Assembly: GCA_021787335.1 (NCBI GenBank)
Contig: JAJYMC010000054.1
Location: 26,572-90,571, forward strand
Direction of reading: 5' to 3'
DNA: 64,000 nt
Origin: Bacillota bacterium
GTDB taxonomy: Bacteria; Bacillota; Sulfobacillia; JAJYWN01; JAJZPE01
Shown: in pieces, positions 34,274 to 43,293 of the stretch
Layout: every line of letters begins with the position of its first letter
Position numbering within the stretch: the first letter of the stretch is position 1
Translations under genes and position numbers: made by a program
The notes under the pieces: generated by a model
What the model was told of the DNA's origin: nothing
The model's input: the letters and a program-made list of their open reading frames with translations, nothing else
Database searches by the model: none

Positions 34274-34960
34274 TCATCCGGCCTTTCCGTCACCGACCGC
34301 TTCGGCCCACGGTTCCCGGACCAGAGCTGCCGGCCGAGGGCCTCTGCCGGCCAGAAAGCGCCCGAGGGCCGCGGCTTGCTCCAGGGCACCGGCTTTCAGC
34401 CTTATCTCCCCGCGGCTGTCCACGCCGGGGAAGTACAACCCGCCGGCGTACTTGAAGTCGTTGGTCCGGAAGAAGGCCCGTGCCTCGGCCACGACCCCGC
34501 GGAAGATCTCGGGGTTCCGGAGCCCGGACACGGCGATGGTCACCCCGAACCGACTCGGCGCGCCGGCGTCTGGCCGGTCCCGGCGGGTCGCGCCTCCATC
34601 GGGCGGGGTCTTGAGGCGGTATTTGCGGACCCAGACCGCCTGGCAGCGGTCGAACATCGCCTTGGTCTGGGAGGTGACCCCGCCGAAGAAAACCGGGGAA
34701 GCGACAACCACGCGGTCGGCCTCACGGAGCTTTGGGTAAAGCTCTTGCATGGCGTCGGCGACGATACACCGCCCGGTCCGGTCGCAGCCGCCGCACTCGC
34801 GGCACCCCTCGAAGGCGAGCCGCGCGAGGACGACCTTGTCGACCTCGGCTCCGCCGGCGGCCGCCGCCTCGAGGGCGGCGTCGAGTAGGAGCTCGGTGTT
34901 GCCGTGGCGGCGCGGGCTTCCTGAGAAGGCCAGTAGGCGCAGGGGGCGTCCGGCCGTCAA
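34274..34960 (-). CDS. iron-sulfur flavoprotein / NAD(P)H-dependent FMN reductase family
   Basis: 228 aa flavodoxin-like (LLAFSGSPRRHGNTELL) with a compact Cys cluster CRECGGCDRTGRC. Confidence 0.75.
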   Translation of the reverse strand: MTAGRPLRLLAFSGSPRRHGNTELLLDAALEAAAAGGAEVDKVVLARLAFEGCRECGGCDRTGRCIVADAMQELYPKLREADRVVVASPVFFGGVTSQTKAMFDRCQAVWVRKYRLKTPPDGGATRRDRPDAGAPSRFGVTIAVSGLRNPEIFRGVVAEARAFFRTNDFKYAGGLYFPGVDSRGEIRLKAGALEQAAALGRFLAGRGPRPAALVREPWAEAVGDGKAG

Positions 34961-35742
34961 GAAGCCTCACCCGCCTGGCTCTGACCGGCTTTGGCAGCCA
35001 CGAAGTAGATGCGGGCCGTCTCGTCCTCGGGAGGGTCAAAGCTGTAGGCACTGTAAGCACCGAGGAGTCGAAGCCTCGCTCGGGCGATGGCCGCGGTGAT
35101 CTCCTCGAGTGTGTAGGCCCTTTCCTTGTGGACCTCCTTGAACTGCCGGTACAGTTCTCCTTCAGAGCGGACGAAACCGGTCAGCTTGATCTGCCAGATT
35201 CGGTCCCTCTGATGGAACTGGTTCTCCCAGACCAGTGAGAAGCCGTCATCCTCGACGAACATGGTCGTGTCGGGAATATTGGATAAGCGGTAGGCTGAGT
35301 TGACGTCGAAGATGAACAGGCCGCCCGGACTGAGGGCCCCCTCCACATGCCGGCAGACCTCGACCAGTTCGTCAAGGTCCAGGACGTAGTTGACGCTGTC
35401 GTACAGGCATGTGACCAGGTCCACGGGACTCGCCACCGTGAAGTGGCGCATGTCGGCCTGGGTGAACGGAATGGACAAGCCGGCCTGCTCCGTCTTGCGT
35501 CGGGCAATGGCCAGCATCTCGGGTGACCGGTCGACCCCGGCCACGGCGTAGCCCCGCTGGGCGAAGGGTAGGGTCGTGTTGCCTGTGCCACAGGCGAGGT
35601 CGAGGACGGTCCGCGGTTTGGCCCCAAAGCGAGCGAGGAGTTGTTCTATGTAGTCGACCCAGAGGTCATAGCCGACGTCCTGCATCACGCGGTCATAAAG
35701 CCTGGCGAAGTAGGTGTAGGGTTCAGCGAATCTCATCTCCAC
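34957..35742 (-). CDS. class I SAM-dependent methyltransferase
   Basis: 261 aa with VLDLACGTGNTT motif I. 4-nt overlap with the downstream flavoprotein gene. Confidence 0.8.
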   Translation of the reverse strand: MEMRFAEPYTYFARLYDRVMQDVGYDLWVDYIEQLLARFGAKPRTVLDLACGTGNTTLPFAQRGYAVAGVDRSPEMLAIARRKTEQAGLSIPFTQADMRHFTVASPVDLVTCLYDSVNYVLDLDELVEVCRHVEGALSPGGLFIFDVNSAYRLSNIPDTTMFVEDDGFSLVWENQFHQRDRIWQIKLTGFVRSEGELYRQFKEVHKERAYTLEEITAAIARARLRLLGAYSAYSFDPPEDETARIYFVAAKAGQSQAGEAS

Positions 35743-35781
35743 GGCCGTGCCTCCCGTGTCCCCGGATGGCTCATACCAAGG

Positions 35782-37137
35782 TCAGGCCAATCGCCGCTCG
35801 TAGCGGAGCAGTCGCTGCTCGATTTCGAAGCCCAAGGCGGCTGCGCGGCTCAGGGCGTCGTGTCCACCGTCCGAGACCCTGGCCTGCAGCTCGCCGGTGT
35901 GCCGCCGGCCAGCCTCGCTGATGAGCAGGGCGAGCATGGCCTCGTATATCTCGCCGCCCATCTCTTCGGGGACGACCTCCGCGAGCCCGTGCCCCGCAGC
36001 CGACAGCCACCACAAGCCGACGGGGCTGTCTCCCCGAAGGACCAAGCTGAGTCGGGCGGTCCAGCCGCGGAAGAGTGGCGTGTCGTCGGCCCGGACGATG
36101 TCCATCGCCGTCAACCAGCCGTCGGCCGGTGTTCGAGCCAGTCGGCGGCCGAGGGCCGCGAGAAGATCGGCGTCTTCCAGGCCGGCGTAGGGGCGGACCT
36201 CGTAGCCCGGCGGCAGCGCGACCTCGCCCTGCCTCCCGAGTGGATGGACCATCTGCCAGTAGGGCCCCGCCGGTACGAAGCCGTGCTCGCTGAGGAAAGC
36301 CCCCTGGCTGACATTCTCCTCCGGCAGCGAAGTCTCGAGCCAGAGGGCCCCGCGGTCGCGGGCCATCGCGATGAGCGAATCCAAGAGCCGCCCGCCGACG
36401 CCCTGGCCGCGATAGCCCGGACGGACGAACGGTCCATAGACGGCAAGATGACCTGGCCGGTGCACCGAGCCGTCCGACACCAGGGCGCCGAAGCCGATGG
36501 GTTCTCCGGACCACTCAGCGATCAGCCCGTCGTCGAGGGGGCCGGCCCACCCCTCCGGAGTGAACTCGCGCAGTCGCAGGCGATCCTCCGGCCGCGGGCG
36601 CCGGAAGTCGACGTCCGCCATTGCCAGGTACAGGAGGACGGGGAGCTCCTCGGCCGAATCCCGTAGGTGAACAACCAGTTCGATGGCTTCGATGTCCTCC
36701 TGGCCGGCCCGGCGGCCTCGGCGGATGAGCTCCTCGGCGACGAGCCGGCTGATCGGTCGCCAGTAGTCTTTCCGGGAAAGGACGGTGTTCTCGGCCCCGC
36801 CCTCGAGACTCATGGCCAGTTCGGCGTGGACGACCGTGGCCGGCACCGCGCGTTGAGTGGCGACCTCCTCGAGCCGCCCGAGCATCCCCTGGATCTCCTT
36901 CAGAGTGTGCCCCCGTTCCTTGAGGAGGGCGATGAGGAAGAGTGTCTGGAGGACGTCTCGCGGGTAGAAGCCGCTGCGCCCGCCGGACGGCAGGTTCCTG
37001 ACCACGGCGTGTGGCAACAGGCCCTGTGAGGCATAGAGCCTCAGGGTCCGGTGGTTGATGTCGATGCCCTGCTGCCGGGCCATCTTGATGAACTGTTCGG
37101 TCGGAACCAACTGGGTGACCGGGTCGGAAGCGGCCAC
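35782..37137 (-). CDS. MerR-family HTH / GNAT acetyltransferase fusion protein
   Basis: MerR HTH (FIKMARQQGIDINHRTLRLYASQGLL) plus a C-terminal GNAT domain (RPGYRGQGVGGRLL). The track ORF starts at 37191, inside the -10 hexamer. The likely start is GTG at 37137, preceded by GGGGGT. Confidence 0.65.
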   Translation of the reverse strand: MAASDPVTQLVPTEQFIKMARQQGIDINHRTLRLYASQGLLPHAVVRNLPSGGRSGFYPRDVLQTLFLIALLKERGHTLKEIQGMLGRLEEVATQRAVPATVVHAELAMSLEGGAENTVLSRKDYWRPISRLVAEELIRRGRRAGQEDIEAIELVVHLRDSAEELPVLLYLAMADVDFRRPRPEDRLRLREFTPEGWAGPLDDGLIAEWSGEPIGFGALVSDGSVHRPGHLAVYGPFVRPGYRGQGVGGRLLDSLIAMARDRGALWLETSLPEENVSQGAFLSEHGFVPAGPYWQMVHPLGRQGEVALPPGYEVRPYAGLEDADLLAALGRRLARTPADGWLTAMDIVRADDTPLFRGWTARLSLVLRGDSPVGLWWLSAAGHGLAEVVPEEMGGEIYEAMLALLISEAGRRHTGELQARVSDGGHDALSRAAALGFEIEQRLLRYERRLA

Positions 37138-37189
37138 ACGACAGACCCCCAATGTGGAAGGGCAGGGAGATCCTGCCTGAATCAAGACC

Positions 37190-37219
37190 ATCGTACACCG
37201 GACAGTTGTCCGGTGTCAA
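37190..37219 (-). promoter_or_regulatory. MerR-type promoter TTGACA-18-TACGAT with 9-bp perfect inverted repeat CACCGGACA-ac-TGTCCGGTG in the spacer
   Basis: Minus-strand -35 at 37214-37219, -10 at 37190-37195, dyad at 37196-37215. Classic MerR operator placement. Confidence 0.6.
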
Positions 37220-37228
37220 ATGTATTGG

Positions 37229-37276
37229 GGCTGGGCGAGATACAAGAGGCCCCCGGCGCGCACGATGCGTGCTCCC
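37229..37276 (-). terminator. hairpin terminator downstream of dnaB
   Basis: GGCCCCCGG...CCGGGGGCC long GC stem with a short T-rich tail. Confidence 0.4.
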
Positions 37277-37329
37277 GGGGGCCCCGATAATCCCTATAAT
37301 ATGGTTCGGACAGGTGGACGCTAGATACC

Positions 37330-38667
37330 TCAGGCCGGCTTGCGGAACTTCTCGGGGTCGGCGAAACGCCCGATTTCCTTCATGAAGACCAGTTCGACCG
37401 AACCGGTCGGGCCGTTCCGCTGCTTGGCGACGATGATCTCGGCGACGTTCTTCTTCTCCGTATCGGGCTTGTAGTACTCCTCGCGGAAGATGAAGGCCAC
37501 CAGGTCGGCGTCCTGCTCGATGGCGCCGGACTCACGGAGGTCGGAGAGCATCGGCTTCTTGTCATCACGTTGCTCGACGGCCCGGCTGAGCTGCGAGCCG
37601 ATGATCACCGGGACCTTCAGTTCACGGGCCAGCGCTTTCAGCGACCGGGAGATCTCCGAGATCTCCTGTTGGCGGTTCTCCACCCGTCCCCGCGTCCGCA
37701 TGAGCTGGATGTAGTCGACGACGATGAGCCCGAGGTCATGCTCGGCCTTGATCCGGCGCGCTTTGGCCCTGAGCTCCATGACCGAGATCGAAGGGGTGTC
37801 GTCGATGAAGACCGGGGCGTCGCTCAGCCGACCCAGGGCGTGCGACAACCGAGGCCAGTCGGCATCCATCAGGTGGCCGGTACGCAGCCGCTGGCCGTCA
37901 ACGCCGGCTTCGGCGCAAAGAAGGCGCTGGGCCAGTTGTTCTTTGGACATCTCCAGGCTGAAAATGGCGACCGGGACCGACTTGGACAGCGCGGCGTTCC
38001 GAGCCATGTTCAGGAGCAGGGTGGTCTTGCCCATCGACGGGCGGGCGGCGATGACGATGAGGTCCGACGGCTGGAGACCCGAGGTCAGGGCGTCCAGACC
38101 CTTGAACCCCGTGGGCACGCCGGTGACCCCTTCCTTGTTGCTGTACAGGAACTCGATCCGTTCGAAGGCGTCCAGGAGGACGCCCCTGATGGCCGCGTAG
38201 CCTTCGGTCGACCGCCGCTGAGCGATCTCGAAGATGCGCCGCTCGGAGTCGTCGATCAATACGGCGACTTCCTCAGCGCCCTGATAACCCTTGGCGACGA
38301 TGTCCGTCGCCACCGTGATGAGCTCGCGAAGAAGGGCCTTCTCCTCGACGATGCGCGCATAGTACTCGGCGTTGGCCGCCGTGGGGACGGCGTTGGCGAG
38401 GGCCGTCAGATAGGCCACGCCGCCGATGTTCTCCAGGAGCCCCCGCTTCCTCAGCTCGTCGGTAACGGTGACGAGGTCGACGGCCTCCCCATGTTCGTGA
38501 AGGTTGACCACCGCCTGGAAGACCTCGCGGTTGGCCTCGCGGTAGAAGTCCTCCTGGTGGAGGATGTCGGCCGCCTTGATGAGCGCCTCGCGCTCGATGA
38601 GCATCGAACCGAGGACCGCCTGCTCGGCTTCGAGGTTCTGCGGCGGGACCCTCTCGAGGATGCTCAT
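37330..38667 (-). CDS. dnaB: replicative DNA helicase
   Basis: 445 aa. N-terminal PPQNLEAEQAVLGSML, Walker A GARPSMGKTT, RecA-like C-terminus. Confidence 0.95.
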   Translation of the reverse strand: MSILERVPPQNLEAEQAVLGSMLIEREALIKAADILHQEDFYREANREVFQAVVNLHEHGEAVDLVTVTDELRKRGLLENIGGVAYLTALANAVPTAANAEYYARIVEEKALLRELITVATDIVAKGYQGAEEVAVLIDDSERRIFEIAQRRSTEGYAAIRGVLLDAFERIEFLYSNKEGVTGVPTGFKGLDALTSGLQPSDLIVIAARPSMGKTTLLLNMARNAALSKSVPVAIFSLEMSKEQLAQRLLCAEAGVDGQRLRTGHLMDADWPRLSHALGRLSDAPVFIDDTPSISVMELRAKARRIKAEHDLGLIVVDYIQLMRTRGRVENRQQEISEISRSLKALARELKVPVIIGSQLSRAVEQRDDKKPMLSDLRESGAIEQDADLVAFIFREEYYKPDTEKKNVAEIIVAKQRNGPTGSVELVFMKEIGRFADPEKFRKPA

Positions 38668-38684
38668 GAGACTCCCCCCCTTGC

Positions 38685-40703
38685 CTACGAAGCGGACTTG
38701 CCGGTCGTGGTCGCGTTCCCGGCCAGCGCTAGCTGAAGGGCTTCTTCGGCGGTCTCGACCGCGATGACCTCGATGCCCTTGATGTCCACCGGGATGTCTT
38801 TGACGTTCTCCCTGGGAAGGATGATGCTCTTCATCCCGGCCTGCTTGGCGCCGTAGATCTTCTCGAACACGCCGCCGATGGCCCGGATGCGCCCCTGGAT
38901 GGAGAGTTCCCCGGTGATGGCCACATCCTGGCGGATGGGCACGCCCTCCATGGAGCTGTAGATGGCCAGGAAGATGGCCAGCCCGGCCGAGGGACCGTCG
39001 ATGTTGCCCCCGCCGATGGCGTTGACATGGAGGTCGAAGTCGGCCACTTCTTTGCCGGTCAGGCGCCTGATGACGGAGGCCGCGTTGAACACGGAATCCT
39101 TGGCCATCGACCCGGCGGTCTCGTTGAACCGGAAGGTCCCCTTGCCGGGGTCCCGCGCCGGGTAGACCATGGCCTCGACTTCGATGACCGAACCGAGGTA
39201 GCCATAGACGCCGAGTCCGAAGGCCTTCCCGATTTCCGGCCGGTCGCTGGCCTTCTGAGGGCTGTTCGGGAGCATCCGGCCGACCTGGATGACCTGCAGG
39301 ATGTGGTCGCGGGAGAGCCGGACGCGACTCGCACCGCGTTGCGGCTGGCCGTGGGGCGCCACTTCACGGCCCTCGGCCGTCGCGGCCACCTCGCGGCTGG
39401 CGTGGTGGGCGTTCTGGTAGAGCGCCAGCCCGTAGGCGTCGGCCAGGATGCCGATGGCCTTACGGCCTTCGATGGTGTACTCGCTGATGATATCGGGGAT
39501 GGCCCGGTCCAACCGGACCTTCAGTTTGCCCGCGGCGTTCTTGACGATGAGCTTGATGTCGCCCGGCCCGAGGGGATCGAAGAAGACTTCGGCGCAGCGG
39601 GAACGGATGGCCGGGCTGATGTCGGACGGGTCCCGGGTCGTCGCCCCGATGAGGACGAAGTCGGCCGGAGCGCCCTCTTCGAAGAGTTTCCTGACGTACT
39701 TGGGGACGTTCGGGTCATCGGGGTCGTAGTAGGACGAATCGAAACTGACCCGCTTGTCCTCGAGGACCTTCAGGAGCTTGGCCAGGAGCATCGGCTCGAG
39801 TTCACCGATCTCGTCGATGAAGAGGATGCCCCCGTGGGCCTCGGTGACCAGACCCAGCTTGGGCTCGGGGACACCGCCCTCGGCCAGCTCCCGTCGGGCC
39901 CCCTGGTAGATGGGATCGTGAACGGACCCGAGGAGGGGGTTGGTGACCTCCCTGGGATCCCAGCGCAGAGTGGTCCCATCGACTTCGATGAATGGCGCGT
40001 CCTTGGCGAAGGGGGAATGCTTGAGTCGCTTGGCCTCCTCCAGACAGAGGCGGGCGACGGTGGTCTTGCCGACGCCGGGCGGTCCGTAGAGGATGACATG
40101 CTGCGGGTAGGGCGAGGAGATCTTGGCCAAGAGGGCCTTGATCGCCCGGTCCTGCCCGACCACCTCGCCGAGGGTGGCCGGACGGATGACGTCGATGGCC
40201 GAGCGGGACAGCTGCTTATGCTCCAGCTTCTCGAGGATGGCGTACTTCTTGAGGGTCTGCGCGTTCTCAGGACCGCCGTCTTCCTTGGCGATCTGCATCT
40301 TGATGTCCCGGATGTACTCCTCGTGACGTTGCTGCATGCGCTCGGCGATCTTCCGCTCGACCTTGTCCTCGACGGTCTTCCGGGCGATGATGTCGGCGAT
40401 CTCGTCCTCGATGCCGTCGAGCACCGATGACACGTCGCTCAGATTGGGCGGCCCTTCTATGGTCGGGTCTTCATACACTACCTTCTGGAGCGCCAGGACC
40501 TGCTGCCCGAGGTCGTCCGAGCGCATGCCTTCCAACGCTTCGAGCTTGCCCGCCCGAAGGACCAGCTTGTCCGCCCCGTAGATGTCTGACAGCAGCCCGA
40601 AAAGGGCGCTGACCTGACGGCGCAGCATGTCCTCCTCGCTGAGCTTGCCTTCCACGCCGGCCCGGGGATTGCTCCGGACCAACCTGTCAAGAAACGGCTT
40701 CAA
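38685..40703 (-). CDS. Lon-like ATP-dependent protease, sporulation LonC/LonB type (AAA+ plus S16 domain)
   Basis: 672 aa. Walker A GPPGVGKTT. S16 catalytic region DGPSAG...EKIYGAK. Confidence 0.85.
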   Translation of the reverse strand: MKPFLDRLVRSNPRAGVEGKLSEEDMLRRQVSALFGLLSDIYGADKLVLRAGKLEALEGMRSDDLGQQVLALQKVVYEDPTIEGPPNLSDVSSVLDGIEDEIADIIARKTVEDKVERKIAERMQQRHEEYIRDIKMQIAKEDGGPENAQTLKKYAILEKLEHKQLSRSAIDVIRPATLGEVVGQDRAIKALLAKISSPYPQHVILYGPPGVGKTTVARLCLEEAKRLKHSPFAKDAPFIEVDGTTLRWDPREVTNPLLGSVHDPIYQGARRELAEGGVPEPKLGLVTEAHGGILFIDEIGELEPMLLAKLLKVLEDKRVSFDSSYYDPDDPNVPKYVRKLFEEGAPADFVLIGATTRDPSDISPAIRSRCAEVFFDPLGPGDIKLIVKNAAGKLKVRLDRAIPDIISEYTIEGRKAIGILADAYGLALYQNAHHASREVAATAEGREVAPHGQPQRGASRVRLSRDHILQVIQVGRMLPNSPQKASDRPEIGKAFGLGVYGYLGSVIEVEAMVYPARDPGKGTFRFNETAGSMAKDSVFNAASVIRRLTGKEVADFDLHVNAIGGGNIDGPSAGLAIFLAIYSSMEGVPIRQDVAITGELSIQGRIRAIGGVFEKIYGAKQAGMKSIILPRENVKDIPVDIKGIEVIAVETAEEALQLALAGNATTTGKSAS

Positions 40704-40778
40704 GCGATACCCTCCCCGGCGCTCCCCCTCGGAGCGCCACCCCTGACCGCTTGGCGCGGTCCAGCCGATTCGGGTCCC

Positions 40779-41237
40779 TCAAACGGCCCGGTCTTCCGGT
40801 TCGACGACGATCTTGATCACCGCGCCGACCTTTGGATGTAGCTTTATCTGCACTTCATGAGCGCCAAGGGTCTTGATGGCGTCCTCGAGGACCACCTTGC
40901 GCCGGTCGACCTCGACGTGGGCCGCCTTCTGCACCCTTTCGGCGATGTCCTTGCTGGTGATGGAGCCGAACAGCCGCCCGCCTTCCCCGGCCTTGGCCCG
41001 GATGATCACGGTCAGGCCCTTGAGCTTGGCGGCAGCCTCCTCGGCGGCGGCCAACTCATGGTCGGCGCGGGTCTCGATGCGCTTCTTCTCGTTCTCGAAG
41101 TGGCGGACGGCGCCGCCCGCGGCCTCCACGGCCAGTCCCCTGGGCAACAGGTAGTTGCGGGCGTAACCTTCCGCGACGTTGACGGTTTCACCCTTTCGGC
41201 CCAATGTCTTCACGTCTTTGGTCAGGATGACCTGCAC
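40779..41237 (-). CDS. rplI: 50S ribosomal protein L9
   Basis: 152 aa, beginning MQVILTKDVKTLGRKGETVNVAEGYARNYLLPRGLA. Confidence 0.95.
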   Translation of the reverse strand: MQVILTKDVKTLGRKGETVNVAEGYARNYLLPRGLAVEAAGGAVRHFENEKKRIETRADHELAAAEEAAAKLKGLTVIIRAKAGEGGRLFGSITSKDIAERVQKAAHVEVDRRKVVLEDAIKTLGAHEVQIKLHPKVGAVIKIVVEPEDRAV

Positions 41238-41270
41238 GGCGGATTCCTCCAGTCGCTTTCCCGGTCCGGC

Positions 41271-42191
41271 TCAGTTGGCGGGCTTGGCCCGCAGTCGCCG
41301 GTAGTCGAAAAGGTAGTCGAAGATCCCGAACCACATGGCCAGTCTCGCCGTGACCATGTTGATCATGAGGAGCAGCACAAGAACGACCCTGAGCACCGGC
41401 GGCACCTTGACCGCGGTCAGGAAGAAGTAAGCGACGGCCAACCCCTCGATGATGAAGGCGATGGTGCACAAGGAGTACAGGTTGCTGGCGACCGGCACGA
41501 ACCGAGCGAGTTGCGGGAACCGGCCGGCCCCGCTGAGGACGATCAGGCCGACCGCCCACACCAGCAGGATCGGCATGAGCGGCAACTGCCACCGGGCGAA
41601 CGGCGGGAATCGGGGAACCGTGATGCCGACCCGCGGCAGCACCCAGCCGGCGGCCAGGTAGACGATGAGGGCCATGAACAGGGCCGAGCCGATAAGCATG
41701 GCCAGAACGTACTTGTGGGCCCAGTCGGTGGCCACGGAGGTCTGTCGCTGGAGCAGGTCGATCTGGTCCGGGGTGAGCCGGGCGCCGTTGACTCGAATGA
41801 ACTCCTTGATGGCCTCGGTCAAGGACGCCCCCGCTTGGGCCACACTATCCTCACCCATGATGAGCAGTGTTCCGGCCCAGGTGGCGACCGCACCCACGGT
41901 GGTGGCAGCCGCCGTGATGGCGTAGGACGCCAGGGCCCCCAGCTTGCGGCGGACCGCGAAGCCATAGCTCAAGGCCATCAGCCACAGGCCACCACCGATG
42001 AGAAGCCCGTTGGCGAGCCCCATGAAGGCGATGGTCAGAAGGGCCGTGGCGACCACCGCCACGAGGGTGATCCGCAGGCCGTGCCTGACCTGCAGGATGA
42101 TGAGGGGAATGGGGACGAAGAACAAGGTCACCAGGCCGATGATCGGGGCGTAGACACTGAAAAGGGTGATGGCGACGGTAAGCGCTGCCAT
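41271..42191 (-). CDS. YybS-like (DUF2232) polytopic membrane protein
   Basis: Polytopic membrane protein in the conserved yybS-rplI-dnaB neighbourhood. The track ORF extends to 42506 with a non-membrane low-complexity N-terminus. The likely start is ATG at 42191. Confidence 0.5.
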   Translation of the reverse strand: MAALTVAITLFSVYAPIIGLVTLFFVPIPLIILQVRHGLRITLVAVVATALLTIAFMGLANGLLIGGGLWLMALSYGFAVRRKLGALASYAITAAATTVGAVATWAGTLLIMGEDSVAQAGASLTEAIKEFIRVNGARLTPDQIDLLQRQTSVATDWAHKYVLAMLIGSALFMALIVYLAAGWVLPRVGITVPRFPPFARWQLPLMPILLVWAVGLIVLSGAGRFPQLARFVPVASNLYSLCTIAFIIEGLAVAYFFLTAVKVPPVLRVVLVLLLMINMVTARLAMWFGIFDYLFDYRRLRAKPAN

Positions 42192-42436
42192 CAACGCGCC
42201 TTCGATGAGGGGCCTGGTCCTAGAGTCACTGGCCAACTGGTTTCGGTCTCCTTGCTGGACGCGCTTAAAATGGCCCTTAAGCAGGCCTTGGGGTCGCGCA
42301 TACCGGGGATAGCATACCCGGAAGGGGTCAAAAAACGGCTCGGGAGGCCCTTTTGAGCATGCCACCGGCCGTGTCTGATATGAATTCGCCGCCCCCGCTG
42401 GTTCTCCTTTTGTCGAAGACTGTTCCAGCGGCTCGT

Positions 42437-42475
42437 AAAAACAGGAAAAGGCGAGACGGACTGTCCCGTCTCGCC
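42437..42475 (-). terminator. intrinsic terminator downstream of motB
   Basis: Perfect 10-bp stem GGCGAGACGG/CCGTCTCGCC followed by TTTTCCTGTTTTT on the minus strand. Confidence 0.65.
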
Positions 42476-42531
42476 GCGTTCGTCGTGGCCGTCCGGCGGC
42501 CCTCATAAGCCGGCCGCCGAGTCCATCTATC

Positions 42532-43293
42532 CTACTTTCCGGTGTCGATCAGGCGCCCCTGGTCGTTGACCGGGGCCGCCTTGAGGATGACGATGTCCAC
42601 GCGCCGGTTCATGGCCCTGTTTCGCTCGGTGTTGTTCGGCGCAACCGGCCGGTATTCACCGTAGCCGACGACGAAGAAGCGCGAAGCCGGTATCTTCGAG
42701 GAGTCGACCAGGTAGTGGATGACGTTGGTCGCCCGCCTCGCGGATAGCTCCCAGTTGGAGGGGAAATCGTGGGTGCTGATAGGCAGGTTGTCGGTGTACC
42801 CTTCGACACTTACGTAATTCGGCACCTTGGCGATGGTCGGTGAGACCTTGTCCAGGATGGCCTTGGCTTCGCTCAAGAGGTCGGCCTCGCCAGGCCGGAA
42901 GAGGACGGCCCCGAGGCTGATGGTCAGGCCGCGGTCGCCGTAGTAGATGGACACCGAACCCTGCGAGGACAGGCTCTCCGTCTCCGCGGCCAGCTCGTAG
43001 CCGAGGTCCTCGAGGACGTCGCCCCCGCCTCCCTCGGCTCCGCCCGCACCGCCCGGCATGAACCCGGTGCCCGAGGAGCCCCCGGAGGAGCCGCTGAAGA
43101 AGGACGACCGGAGCGACCCGGCCAGGGCCTTGAACTTCTCGGCGTCCACCCGCGACATCGAGTACAGGACGGTGAAGAAGACCATCAGTAGGGTGATCAG
43201 GTCGGAGTAGGTCAGGAGCCAGCGCATCCCGCCGGCGCCGTCGTGCCCTCCTCCGTCGTGTCCCGCGCCATTACCGCCCTTGCCCCTAATCAC
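42532..43293 (-). CDS. motB: MotB/OmpA-family stator protein
   Basis: 253 aa with an N-terminal TM helix (RWLLTYSDLITLLMVFF) and a C-terminal OmpA-like peptidoglycan-binding domain. Confidence 0.8.
   Translation of the reverse strand: MIRGKGGNGAGHDGGGHDGAGGMRWLLTYSDLITLLMVFFTVLYSMSRVDAEKFKALAGSLRSSFFSGSSGGSSGTGFMPGGAGGAEGGGGDVLEDLGYELAAETESLSSQGSVSIYYGDRGLTISLGAVLFRPGEADLLSEAKAILDKVSPTIAKVPNYVSVEGYTDNLPISTHDFPSNWELSARRATNVIHYLVDSSKIPASRFFVVGYGEYRPVAPNNTERNRAMNRRVDIVILKAAPVNDQGRLIDTGK

Noticed and set aside
35641-36666. 341-aa plus-strand ORF
   Set aside because: Antisense to the MerR-GNAT gene.
37570-42356. 388-aa, 467-aa and 499-aa plus-strand ORFs
   Set aside because: Antisense to dnaB, the Lon protease and the rplI/yybS genes respectively, all of which have unambiguous homology. 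The plus ORFs are Asp/Gly/Arg-rich low complexity.
42192-42506. N-terminal 105 codons of the 41271-42506 ORF
   Set aside because: Non-membrane, Arg/Pro-rich, and located upstream of a region that looks like a promoter. The membrane protein most likely starts at ATG 42191.
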